Below, piece by piece: positions 42,354 to 54,589 of a stretch of 64,000 nucleotides of DNA. The stretch's first letter is position 1. Each line of letters opens with the position of its first letter. The stretch lies in assembly GCA_951406725.2 (NCBI GenBank), contig OX597815.1:139934001-139998000 (forward strand), read 5' to 3'. The position numbers and the translations under genes were made by a program. The DNA comes from Octopus vulgaris. Its lineage: Eukaryota. The notes below the pieces were generated by a model. It was given only the letters and a program-made list of their open reading frames with translations, ran no database searches and had not been told where the DNA came from.

Positions 42354-42396
<43 letters not shown>

Positions 42397-42481
42397 ATAT
42401 AATTATATATATATATATATATATAATTACATACGTGCTGTTGGCGATTTCTTTTCCTTCTTTGGGCTTTTCCCTTTCTCC

Positions 42482-42514
42482 TTTCCGACGAAGAGCTATG
42501 CTCGAAACGTCAAA
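42482..42514 (+). ncRNA. Minimal hammerhead-like motif (CCGACGA variant)
   Basis: ttt CCGACGA a gagc-tat-gctc GAAA cg TC aaa. Confidence 0.58.
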
Positions 42515-42879
42515 CTCTCTCTTTTCACCGAATGTCAAGCTAATACATATTTTGTGCTAATACATTTCGTGTTCGTTAATTTTACTCGTTTATTTGAATT
42601 GATTGTTTATTTGAATTTATATATATATATATATCAACACACACACACACACACACAAACATACACACACACTCACACACACACAAGAAAAAGCATGATT
42701 GTCACTAAATGCGACTAAGGATACCAAGACATCTACTTTGCTAGAAATAAGAGCTAAAGTGCTTTAATAGTGTAAGAAAAGCACATAATTATATACATAT
42801 ATGCTTCTAGGGACTGCAATCGCCTAGAACACCAATCGCTATGAGCACATATGTATACAATTATATGCTTTTGTAGGTA

Positions 42880-43481
42880 GGGAGAGGAGAAACAACGGCA
42901 ACCCACGCCAATGAAAGTCTTCATCTACGTAAAGTGTTGTTATCTGTTTGGTGGGATATGAAAGGTTTAATCCATTTTGAACTTTTAAACCCAAAGCAAA
43001 CGATAACAAAGATCTACTGCAAGCAGCTTGAGCGGCTTAAGTAAGCGCTTGAAGAAAAATGACACCGTTTTTGGTTTCAAGACGAATGGTGTTCTTCCAT
43101 CAGGATAATGCTCGGCCATATACGGCGAGGATGAGATTCCAAAGGCTGGAGCAGTTTGGATGGGAAAGGATCCCCCCACCACCATATTTACCGGACATTG
43201 CCCTATCTGATTATCATTTATTCTGCAGTCTTCAAAATCATTTGAACAGAAAAAAATATGAATTTTGTTCACGAGGTCAGAACAATAGTGGAGGAGTATT
43301 TTTCGTTACGAACAAGTGAATTTTGGAAGAGGGGCCTTGCAAGTCTACCAAATAAATGGAAGAGCATTGCAGAAAACGAAAGAGAGTATATTTTTTGACT
43401 AAAAAAGAACTTTGTTTATCTTCATTTTGAAAAAATAAAAGAAGTATAAAGAAGCCGCATTATTTATGGGCTGACCCAATA
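42880..43481 (+). mobile_element. mariner transposase fragment with right TIR
   Basis: KVLLSVWWDMKG..FHQDNARPY..PPYLPDIALSDYHLF.SLQN; end gcattatttatgggctgacccaata. Confidence 0.88.
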
Positions 43482-43849
43482 TGACATATATATACAAACA
43501 TACATACATGCACAGAAACACGCGTATACACATGTGTGAGTGTGTGCGTATGCGCGTGTTTATGTTACATGATACGCCACAGATAACAAAGTTAGCAATC
43601 TCACCAGCCCAGCCTGCTTGAAATACAAGTAGATCAGGACTAATTAAGTCCTGTAAAAGGATGGATGTTTCGATCTTTCAAATTTTATGTATTTCCAATT
43701 AAGATCGGAGCAAAAAGAAATAAACTCATTTTGTGATTTATTCGACAAATTTTGTTTGCAAATTTTCTTTTTCTTGGCCTTGCTTGAAATGATTTTCAAA
43801 TACAGAATCACATACAAGACAAAAGTTAAACCAGTGAAGGAAGATACGA

Positions 43850-44070
43850 CTCTTTTGCTCTTTTACTCTTTTACTTGTTTCAGTCATTTGATTGCGGCCA
43901 TGCTGGAGCACCGCCTTTAGTCGAGCAAATCGACCCCAGGACTTATTCTTTGTAAGCCTAGTACTTATTCTATCGGTTTCTTTTGCCGAACCGCTAAGTT
44001 ACGGGGATATAAACACACCAGCATCGGTTGTCAAGCGATGTTGGGGGGACAAACACAGGCATACAAACAT

Positions 44071-44157
<87 letters not shown>

Positions 44158-44330
44158 CATATCTACGACAGGCTTCTTCCAGCTTCCGTCTACCAAATCC
44201 ACTCACAAGGCTTTGGTCGGCCTGAGGCTATAGTAGAAGACACTTGCCCAATGTGCCACGCAGTGGGACTGAACCCGGAACTATGTGGTTGGTAAGCAAG
44301 TTTCTTACCACACAGCCACTCCTGCGCCTA
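43850..44330 (-). mobile_element. SINE family 1, full length
   Basis: Intact head and tail. Confidence 0.9.
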
Positions 44331-44559
44331 CGACAATCAGCAATGAAAATACAGACGAGAGGTGTTAGACAATGCTTATCCCTTTCACCCTAAAATAAAA
44401 TATCATTCAGATAGCATTAAATATTAGTTCAGTTACTCTTCTTTTTTACAGTTTGTTTTTATAGAGAATAGCCCATGTATCTTTTTGAGGGAATTCATTA
44501 TTTGTGTTCTTGGATCTTTGTGGTAATCGTCATTGTCTACAATTTTACTCCAGTTGTTT

Positions 44560-45660
44560 TTTTTAAATTTGGTATATGGATTAAGTTTTGTAAACTGGTT
44601 ATGAAAATGAAAATCCTTTTCCCTATAAACTCAAAATGAAAACGTTATTAGCCTTTAAAATTTGCAAAGTTTGGGTATTTTAGCCAATCAAAAACAAGCA
44701 TTTTACACATCACCGTGAAGTTCTGTTAGCATAGCAAGCAAAGAAGCTCCACGTATTCCTTAGTTGATTACAAAGAACTCTGTTTCCATAGTAACCAAAG
44801 ATGCTGCGCATGCGCACAAGGAGTGTAAACAAGGACAGCATACGACACTCAGTTCTTCCAGGAACCACTGTCTTCAGTGACATGTGGTGAGTTTATAATC
44901 ACTTCTCAGAAATCGTGGGCTATGATTTCAAACATGAAACTGTGAGCCAAAGCATTGAATTTTTAAGCTCAAAAGCTGGGACTCACACTCAACATATTGA
45001 GAGTACCTGGGCATCTTTAAAGCGTGAAAACAAACACCGGTGTGGGACAACCGTTTCATGGTTGACTCTTATCTTTGTGAATTTATGTAGAGAAGGAGAT
45101 ATGAGAAAGATAATTTATTTTATAAAATCTTAGAGTGTATTGCAAACTTTCGTTCCTGAAAATTTTTAAACAATTGCATGTTTTAAGCAATGTTTTGAGT
45201 GTTATTCCTAGCAACCCCTGTTGGTTTGCTCGTAGCTTCTAAATATTTAATTTACTCGCGAATGTTTTAATGTTTTCCACTGTTTTCACTGTTTATTTTG
45301 CTCGTGTGTATTTTAGTGCTTTGGCTATTATTTCTAGCAGTTCCTGTTGGTTTGCTCGTAGCTTTTACATATTTAATTTGCTCGCGAATCTTAATGTTTT
45401 CCACTGTTTACTGTAGCTAGCTTATTGTTTTGACAATCCGGTATCCACCCCACCTCCACCACTTTCTCGCTACTGTGACAGATGACGGAAGAGGCAGCGA
45501 ACGTGCTGTTTTCTGATTGGCTGAAAATTCTGAAAATTATCAAAATTTAAACACCTGTAACATTTTCGCAAATTGTTTTTAGAATAAATGAATAACAAAT
45601 TCGGATTCAGCGTCAAAAATTACATCTATATGAAACATTAAAAGAATTTTCTAAAGGTTT
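44560..45660 (+). mobile_element. Merlin/IS1595(ISXO2)-like DNA transposon remnant
   Basis: VLPGTTVFSDMW..HETV..GTHTQHIESTWASLKRENKHRCG..DSYLCEFM; inverted ends agccaatcaaaaac / gttttctgattggct. Confidence 0.75.
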
Positions 45661-46729
45661 CTACATTCACTGACGATAACCACAACGACCCGTGTTCTTT
45701 CCTTAGTCGATGCGATCATGTTCAGGAATTCTGTTGCATGTTTTACTCCATTTTTCTTAGATCGACTATTTAACCATCCAAATGCATCAACTCAACTATT
45801 TCCAAATAGTCCATATACTAAACAAATTGTGGCTTATTTTTTTGACACCAACTATCTTAGTCATTTCATCGATGTCATTCTGGTGTTTAAAGATGCCAAT
45901 CAAAAAAGATTACTGCTCATCATCGCTTAGAAATGTTTTGGACAAAGGAACACGTCTTTTCAATACCTTTTACATTTTGTACGAAATTTTTTTCCAGCAT
46001 TGAACCCATCCAGCGTATCTTTGTTGTGCTCTTTTTCATAACTTGATTTTTAATATTCTGTTGACTTTCAGTGTAATTTATTGGGGTACTACAGGTGATT
46101 CATAAGGCTACGATGAAATTTAGATGTTTTCAGTTTTCAAGCAGATGGTTTAACTTCTGCAGATAAATATTCATCACATAGCCTTTTTAGGCGTAATGCC
46201 CATATTGAGTAATGATCTCTTTCATTTGTGCTCTCGTTCACCTTTAGCCTATTTTTCTCTTTCCTCTCCGCCTTTGTATTCCGCTTTGGAGCACAAAAAC
46301 GAAGTGTTATAATTGTAACATAAAATACTTCTTGAAAAAGATTGCATTAATAAATGTTTTATTTTCTGTACTTCAACAACGTATATATTGCAATTGACTG
46401 TAAATATTGTAATTTGCTGTAAATATCTCAATTTGACATTAAAATGAATTGAATGGAAAATTATTCGAAATTGAAATCAATTTCAAATCAATTTCAAATA
46501 TTCAGTTAAGGTGTGAGACGAAAACTTCTGTCCGTAAAACGAAATAAATCAACATTTCGATTTAATGCTTGAAAATAGTCATTTTCAAATTATTAGAATG
46601 AATTTTTTCTGCTGCTGTCACAGTTTTCAATTCCTTTAATTCGTTCCAATTGTTTTCAAATTTGGTGTACTGTTGTAGATTTGTATGGTAATTATGGAAA
46701 TGAAATTAATTGTTTTGCTATATCACACG

Positions 46730-47815
46730 ATGTGATCGATGGAATCCACTCAAGCCCAGCAAAAGTCACCAGAGGTGTCCCTCAGGGGACTGCCTTGAAC
46801 CCGCTTCTCTGTATAGTCTATATAAACGACCTTTCCAGGGTCATGAAACACAGCAAAGTGAAAGTATTCGCTGATGACTCTAAGCTCCCGAAAATTACCA
46901 ATCAAAAAGAAGACCGAACTGAACTCCAGTCTGATCTACATGCTGTGAGTCAATGGGCAGTCAAAAACAAAATGCAACTAAGCGAGGGAAAATTTGAGCT
47001 GATGCTTTTTGGAAGAAAGTTTATGCTAAACAGCCGTATTCTCTTCCTTCAGGGGAACCCCTCACAGCATCTAATAATATCAGAGACCTAGGAGTAATTG
47101 TAGATAACAATCTCAGCTGGAGTGCCCACATCAACAATAAGGTTGATATAGCTCGTAGGATGAGTTCCTGGATCCTAAGAACCTTCCGTTCAGGAGATCA
47201 AGGTGTTATCATTCCTCTTTTCTTCTCCTTTGTACGGCCACACTTCGAATACTGCTTCCCCTTGTGGTCTTCCCACACAAAACATTTCGAAAATTGAATC
47301 ATCTCAGTGATCATTTATTTAAAAGAATTAAGGGCATGACAGATTTCGATTATAGGGAACCACCTTAAAGCATTGAAACTCTATTCTCTTCACTGCTGCC
47401 GTGAGCGATACATCATATGCACGATGTGAAGAATATACTACCAGCATTGCCCAAACGACTTCAACATTAGCTTCAAAATTCATCCAAGAATAGAACCACG
47501 GCCATACGTCCCCTACCCAATTCAGGATCACAACACACAAATACACTGCAACACAATTTCTTTATCTCAACAGCCCTTGCCCTTTTTAACATTGTTCCGA
47601 AACAGATTAAAAGGAAAAGGATGCCACCATCTTTAAACGGAATCTGGACAAATTTCATCAAGGAATACCCGATAAGCCACCTATACCTGGATACAACTCA
47701 CTCAACAAGAACCCCCTACTCGAATGGACCATGATACCATGAAACTTGACATAAAAAGGCTTTAGCCATTCCTATCAGGTGGTGCTATTAAGTTAGATAT
47801 AACCTGGACCAATCT
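46730..47815 (+). mobile_element. LINE RT 3' portion (CR1/L2-group-like), degenerate
   Basis: GVPQGTALNPLL..YINDL..VFADDSK; RDLGV; VRPHFEYC. Confidence 0.88.
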
Positions 47816-47845
47816 TTGATTATCTAAATATGTACACACACACAC

Positions 47846-48102
47846 ACTAAAGTATTAATTAGAATTTCAAGGTCGATAGTGCTCCTCATCTAAACACAGA
47901 GGGATATTTAAGCCATTCTAAATATGCGAACATATACCATAAAAGCATATACATATCATAGTGTAATTTTTAATATTTTTTATGTTATATATTCACATAT
48001 TTATAATGGCTTATATATACCCTCTGTGTTTAGATATATGTTGGCTTTGATGAGGAGTATTATCGACCTTGAAATCTGTCTTTTTCTAATTAATACTCTA
48101 GT
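47846..48102. repeat. Fold-back unit with a degenerate hammerhead-like core in the right arm
   Basis: atctaaacacagaggg / ccctctgtgtttagat; TTGATGA(48047)..GAAA tct GTC(48080). Confidence 0.75.
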
Positions 48103-48281
48103 CTAATCCCTCAATGACCTCTACAGTGTTGTTCCATGAAAACAGTTCACCTGTTTGAGTATTCATTACCTATATACATAAAAATATATATATACATACA
48201 TTTTTCAATATATGACCGCGTGTGTATTGTTGACGATTTTCTTTCTCCGTCTTCCTTTCCTTGGACCTTTCCTTTTTCTTT

Positions 48282-48315
48282 GTTTCTGACGAAGAACTCC
48301 ACTCGAAACGTTAAA
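48282..48315 (+). ncRNA. Minimal hammerhead-like motif with decayed stem II
   Basis: gttt CTGACGA a gaac-tcc-actc GAAA cg TT aaa. Confidence 0.52.
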
Positions 48316-50239
48316 TCATCCTTCTTTCTTTCCTTTCCTGAGCGTCCAATAACACTGTACTTGTTGCACGTCCTCGCGTTTAGATTAACTATATATATGT
48401 ATATATGAATGCAGACACACACACACACACATGTAATTTACAAATGCTTGTTAGGAAGGAATGATTAATTTTTCTGGCAAAAGTCATGAGCGTCGTAATT
48501 GTAATATGCTTTCCACTTCTTTCAAAGATGTCAAGTGGTAAAATTTAATCGGTCCGTCTGTCTGATCTAAGTTTGTTTTTGCGTCAGGCACTTAAAAAAA
48601 CCCCTCCAAAAAACACGAAAGTAGAAGGAATAGTTCGTATAATGGTGTGAGGTGTTGTTCAGTGAAGAATGAAGTGATTTTCTTTGGAATTATAACCATG
48701 GGGAAGACGCCTGGGCCTAGTTGTTATTGTGTAGCACGATGTGTTTTTGAGCAAAAAAACCTCATTTCACGTTGCTCCACTTCAATCAGCTGTAAATGAG
48801 TAATCATGGAAACCATCCCTACGAGTTGTAGGACTCAAGACAGCGTATACTTCTTTATTATAACCATGAAATGTTTTCTTTAATAAAAAATTAATATTTT
48901 AATTGTTGATCAATATTTTAAATTCATTGTAAATGGGGTTTGCTTTATTACAGTAATGTGTATGATTAGCTTTAGACTGTATTTTATATACCTTTTAAAA
49001 CGACAAAAAGTTAACTTTTTAAAGGAAATTTCTGGAATGGTTTTTTAAAAAATTTAAGAATTTTAAAAAAAGAATTGAAAAAAAAAATTATTTTAAAGAA
49101 CTTTTTTGGAATGGTTTAGACGCATTTAAGAATTTTTAACACAGAATTTCGGGAATATTTAGCAAATGTTTTATAAAATCATTTTAAAAAATTGCTTTTA
49201 AAACTGTACTTCTTGTCACCAAAAGGTTTTTACATCAGCAGCACACGTTAAGAATTACCTCTTAACAATTATCCTTCGATAACATTTCAACATTTCTTTT
49301 ATAATTAGCTTTCGACAAATTTTATAAATTATCTCTAGATACAACTCGCACGCTGAAACACCCAACAAAGCAATCAACACATCACCATTTTGATATAATC
49401 CGGTTAAGAAACACACATACACACACATCCCAAATTCTCATTCAGCGATGATATCATATCGCAGATTAACCGTCACCTATTTTCAGCAAAATCCACGTCT
49501 AAAAAGTTTCTAAAATAAAGCAAATTTCTGAAATACATTTCAAAAACAAATATTTCCCTCAGCAAGAATAACTCAAAACCTGTGTTATAAAATAAAGAAG
49601 TAAAATAAAATAAGAACTAAAAAAAAAAACCCCAAACAAAACTATCTAACATACAGTACCTAACAACAGCAACAACAACAACAACAACATTAAAATATTT
49701 TTAACGATTGCATAACAGAATATTTCAAGATCATCGAGATAATGAAAAAAATCTCATTACTTTTTTCTAAACAATAAAAATTATTGGTTTCAAATTTTGT
49801 CAAAGCCCAGCAATTCCAGAGGTGGGTTTAAGTCGAATACATTGCCCCCAGTACTCAACTGGTACTTGTTTTAACGACTCCCGCCCGAAAGGATGAATGC
49901 AAAATGAACTTCGGCAGAGATTAAACTCAGAACGTTTTTATAATTTGTATATTTATTTTATTATAAATGTAAGACAATACCACAGAGGAATCGACGCAAG
50001 CTTATATAATAAACCGCGATAAGTGAACCGCGATATGGTGCGGGATTAATGTATAACTGAAAATACCTGTATTTTAATCGCCATGATATGTAGTCCTATC
50101 ATCTAATATGATAAATGCGAAAACTAATTTCTGTGTGTCAGTGTGTCACGCATTTCCTCTTGTGCCATTTATTGTTTCTCCAGGTATAAATACTTAGATA
50201 ATTGTGGGTAAAAGAGTTTTCTTGCATCTCAATCTACTT

Positions 50240-50800
50240 GACACAACTGAAAAAAGGCACTTTTGGAGAAAGTGCTTGTTGCAAGGCTGTTTGTTTTGTG
50301 AAGATAACCCTGTGGCCATTCTCTAGATGGATAATCAGATGAATGATGGCTGGGTTGCCTCTCATGAATGGGAAAACTGAAGATGCGCCAAAAAGCCTCA
50401 TTGGTACTGATGTATCTTCGTCTGTCATACTGTGCATCTTCGTCATTTTTCTGGCAGAAACGTTAGCACGCCGGGCGAAATGCGTAGCCGTATTTCGTCT
50501 GCCGTTACGTTCTGAGTTCAAATTCCGCCGAGGTCGACTTTGCCTTTCATCCTTTCGGGGTCGATTAAATAAGTACCAGTTACACACAAGGGTCGATATA
50601 ATCGACTTAATCCGTTTGTCTGTCCTTGTTTGTCCCCTCTGTGTTTAGCCCCTTGTGGGTAGTAAAGAAATATATATTTATCTGCTGACTGCCATTCTGC
50701 ATAAGAGTGCATGTTGCAGCATCTAAACCTTTGTTTATATATCTGCAAACATACTTGATAGAGTTAACAGAGTTGCAGAAGCCAACATTGACTCTGGCTA
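50240..50800 (-). mobile_element. Helitron Rep fragment interrupted by a SINE
   Basis: NVGFCNSVNSIKYVCRYINKG.D; PAIIHLIIHLENGHRVIF. Confidence 0.8.
50451..50672 (+). mobile_element. SINE family 2
   Basis: Near-intact. Confidence 0.88.
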
Positions 50801-51614
50801 CCTGTACACGTCTTTGCTTCACTATAGAATACTGATCGTCTACATCTACCCCGACTCCTCTTGTAGAGAGAGAGAACTTTGTTCTCAGAAACTTTTCCGA
50901 AAATTAAAATGAGTTACGTGAATATCTTCACAAGAATGATTGAAATCAATGGTAATTGTGGAGCGCCCCACGCGTGCGGACGCACATACACACATACACA
51001 CACATACACACATACACATACATATACACATACACACACACAACGTATCAAACATCAAATGAAATAGACGTGAGTGTGTGAGAGAAGGGGTGTGTTGTCA
51101 TGTATACATACATACATACATAAGTAAATGTGCATACATCTTTTTTGTATGTATGTGAGTGAGTGAGAGAGAGAGAGAGAGAGGGAAAGAGAGAAAGAGT
51201 GAGTGCCTCTTAAACATCACTCTCTTTATCTCTCACTATCTCTATGTCTCTTTCTCTCTATCTCTTTGTCTGTCTCTCTCTCACATACACGCACGCATAC
51301 ATACAAAAAAGATGTATGCATATGTATTTATGTATGTACGTGTACCTGACAACACACCTTTTGACTGACTCACTCTCTCCCTTTCTCTCTCACACTCTCT
51401 TTCTCTCTCACTCTCTCTTTCTCTCTCACTCTCTCTTTCTCTCTCTCTCACACACACACACAAACAAACACACACACACACACACACATAAATGTATACA
51501 AACGTACATACAAACACGCAGTGACCATGGCAACCGTAGATCCAACTTCTTGGAGGACGAGAGTCAAAGAGTGGTTTCCGCAGTGTATAAAGTACGTACC
51601 AGGAAACATGTCTT

Positions 51615-52000
51615 TTGATCTCTTTTGTATATCTGAAATGTTTCCGCTCGTGATACATGCACCATCAAATGCAAAAGCAGCATAATTTTGAGCTCAGCGA
51701 AATGTTTAGGTAACAGAAAACATCCACAATAACTTTAGTCAGTGACTCCGAAGTATGGTCAGGAGGATTAAAAAAGCTGAGAAAATCTTCGTGGACATCC
51801 TGGTTTTCAAAAACATAACGACAATAACTGATTCTTGTTCCATTCCAAAGCAATCACATATAACATCCATAAAGATCGAATTTTCAAAAATTCTTCTGAT
51901 CTCATGTACGGTGCCATGAGCCTAAAACTCCATGATTTCATTTCGTATGGTATCAGGTAGGAAATTAACTAAACTTTTTTTGAGATTTACAAAGTCTCTC
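51615..52000 (-). mobile_element. hAT-type transposase remnant
   Basis: CRYV...VHEDFLSFF....TSESL..VI.DV...L..FC.DGA..SG. Confidence 0.6.
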
Positions 52001-52666
52001 CTGACAAGTGTTAACTTTCTCTTCGAAGATGGAACTAGTAACTTCTTTTTTATCTTTTACTAAGGATATTCCTTAATTCTCTGATCATAAAAGAGCTAAC
52101 CACAATTATCTTTCAATAAATTCATTCTTTAATTCCTCGATGAACCGATAGCTACTAATATCCTTTATAAAAGATATTTCTTAATCCTTTCTCTTTAAAG
52201 ACGGTATAATTGGCTTACATGGAAATCTTTGCTCAATAACATACAATTCACATGATCAGCTATTCTAGAAACAACTGTAAAGAAATTTACATATTATTTA
52301 TTAATCCCTTGTTTACTATAACTACTCTGCGATTGTTTGAATTATAAATTACATGCTCTAAAGTGATACCACATGTTTTACTTGTTCATCTTTCTTTCTA
52401 ATATGTCTCTACTAGTCGAATTATGAATCACTTATAATCATCTTTGATAGGCAGCTTCAACAATACCTTTGTTTCGGCTGTTCAAGCCAGAGTTTAGTGG
52501 TAAACCAATCTGAGCACTTACAGTATATATATAGTATATACCTATTGCATTATGTCATTAGACGAAGTTTTTTGAAATATATATACGTATATATATCTAC
52601 ATCTCTCTCTCTCTGTCTGCCTCTCTCTCTGTCTGTCTGTCTGTCTGCCTGCCTGTCTGTCTGTCC

Positions 52667-52743
<77 letters not shown>

Positions 52744-52796
52744 CTTTATATGTATGTATGCATGCTTGCATGTATATGTATTTATGTATATAATGT

Positions 52797-52835
52797 ACTA
52801 GCAGAGATACCTGGCTTTGCTCGGGATTAAAATGG
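52797..52835 (-). mobile_element. Helitron-like 3' terminus (hairpin + CTAG)
   Basis: Minus strand cccgagcaaagccaggtatctctgCTAGt. Confidence 0.55.
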
Positions 52836-52849
52836 CACACATTTTTTAT

Positions 52850-53100
52850 TGTTTTTCTTGTTTCAGTCATGTGACTGTGACCATGATGGAGCACCACCTT
52901 TGGTCGAAAATAATCACCCACAGGATCTATTCTTTGTAAACCTAGTACTTATTCTATCAGTGTCTTTTGCCAAACCGCTAGATTAAGGGAACGTAAATAC
53001 AGTAACATCGGGTGTCAAGCATTGGTGGGGGTACAAACATAAACACAGACGAGCACACACACACACACAAATATACACATATATACGACATTCTTCTTTC
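52850..53100 (-). mobile_element. SINE family 1, 3' half (a matching 5' half lies at 54478-54587)
   Basis: Colinear with intact copies. Confidence 0.75.
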
Positions 53101-53227
53101 TACACACACGTATGTATGTATATATATATAGGGCTAAATACCACTATGTGGACAGCCATATGCTAGAAGTAGATCACATACGATCAAACTGGTGATTAGT
53201 TTTACAAATTATACTGTTTTTGGAATG

Positions 53228-53301
53228 ATCGTACTGATGAATCTACGGACGAAGGATTATGTAAGTAATTTATTCGGTAATAGACGAAACCGGTATACAA
53301 T
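53228..53301 (+). ncRNA. Type-I hammerhead motif with long stem II, inside inverted repeat 53130-53190 / 53393-53453
   Basis: atcgta CTGATGA a-tcta..cgaa..ttcg..taga-c GAAA ccgg TA tacaat. Confidence 0.7.
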
Positions 53302-53805
53302 TAATTCTTGATTTTTATTTAATTTTCATCTGTCTTGGCCGCTTATGTTCTGGTGTTCGTTGAATTTTCTCTGGAGAACATTTTTTCTTTGTAGTTTGAT
53401 CGTATGTGATCTACTTCTAGCATATGGCTGTCCACACAGTGGTTTTTAGTCCTAAATATACACATGTTTTGGAATTTTCTCTGATTTTTCAGATTTTTTA
53501 TATGTTAGGCTATTGGTTTTAAATTGATATTAATTAAATTAATATTCAATTTATCTCCCTAATTATTTAAATGTTTTATATATGTATATACACATACATA
53601 TACAAACAAATATACATACATAAATACATATATACATAAATATATATACGGGTAGCAAAATTCACGCAAGTAACACAGATGAAGCGACCTATTCAAAGGT
53701 AGAAACTCCGGGTTAATGTGCAGTAATTTGTGTAGCATAAGTAAATAAATGGAGTTGAACGAAGATGTTATTCAAATTCTTTTACTTTCGACATATGTTT
53801 TGAAG

Positions 53806-53889
53806 ACTTCCTGATGAGAAGATTGCATTTTACACCGTTTATTCCTTTGGAATAAAACCAATGTTGTCTTCGAAACATATGTTGAAAGT
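53806..53889 (+). ncRNA. Type-I hammerhead motif inside fold-back 53738-53935
   Basis: acttc CTGATGA gaaga...tcttc GAAA catatg TT gaaagt; the opposite arm keeps GTC. Confidence 0.65.
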
Positions 53890-54199
53890 AAAAGAATTTT
53901 AATAACATCTTCGTTCAACTCCATTTATTTACTTATGAATATATATACATATACATATATACATATATATACATATATCTATACATATATCTATACGTAT
54001 ATATTTATACATACACATATATACACACATATATACATACATATAATATATACATATATATACAGATATACATACATACACACATACATATACACGTACG
54101 TACATACATACATACATACATACATACATACATACATACATACATACATACATACATAGAGAAACATGTATATAAATACATAATGAAAGTAATTGAAAT

Positions 54200-54470
54200 T
54201 GAAACCATATGATAGTGAAAGTATTAATAGAGATGTTATTGTTTCACTTTTGATATGTAATACTGAAACAGTTTAAGAGATAAGAGATTGCTCCGGGCTT
54301 GCATTAGCAAGAAGTTGAAAAGGTTTTTGATCCACGCCACTGCAGGGACCCTAAGTAAGGCATGTGTAAGATTTGAATGAAATCAGTTGGGTAGTTCTCG
54401 AGTTTTAGTGATGCACACATACATACATACAGACATTCTCAGTTTTATATATATATTTTATATATAGAGA
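54200..54470 (-). mobile_element. Helitron-like non-autonomous 5' region
   Basis: Minus strand tctatatat..aaaactgagaatgtctgtatgtatg, typical of Helitron-N starts. Confidence 0.45.
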
Positions 54471-54589
54471 TATATACATCTACCAAATCCACTGACAAGG
54501 CTTTGGTTTACCTGAGGCTATAGAAGAAGACATTTGCCCAAAGCGCCACGCACTGGGACTGAACTCGGAACAATGTAGTTGGGTAGTTT

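Noticed and set aside
45700-46300. Possible pogo/Tigger-like remnant
   Set aside because: Only a weak GWL-like word; unsupported
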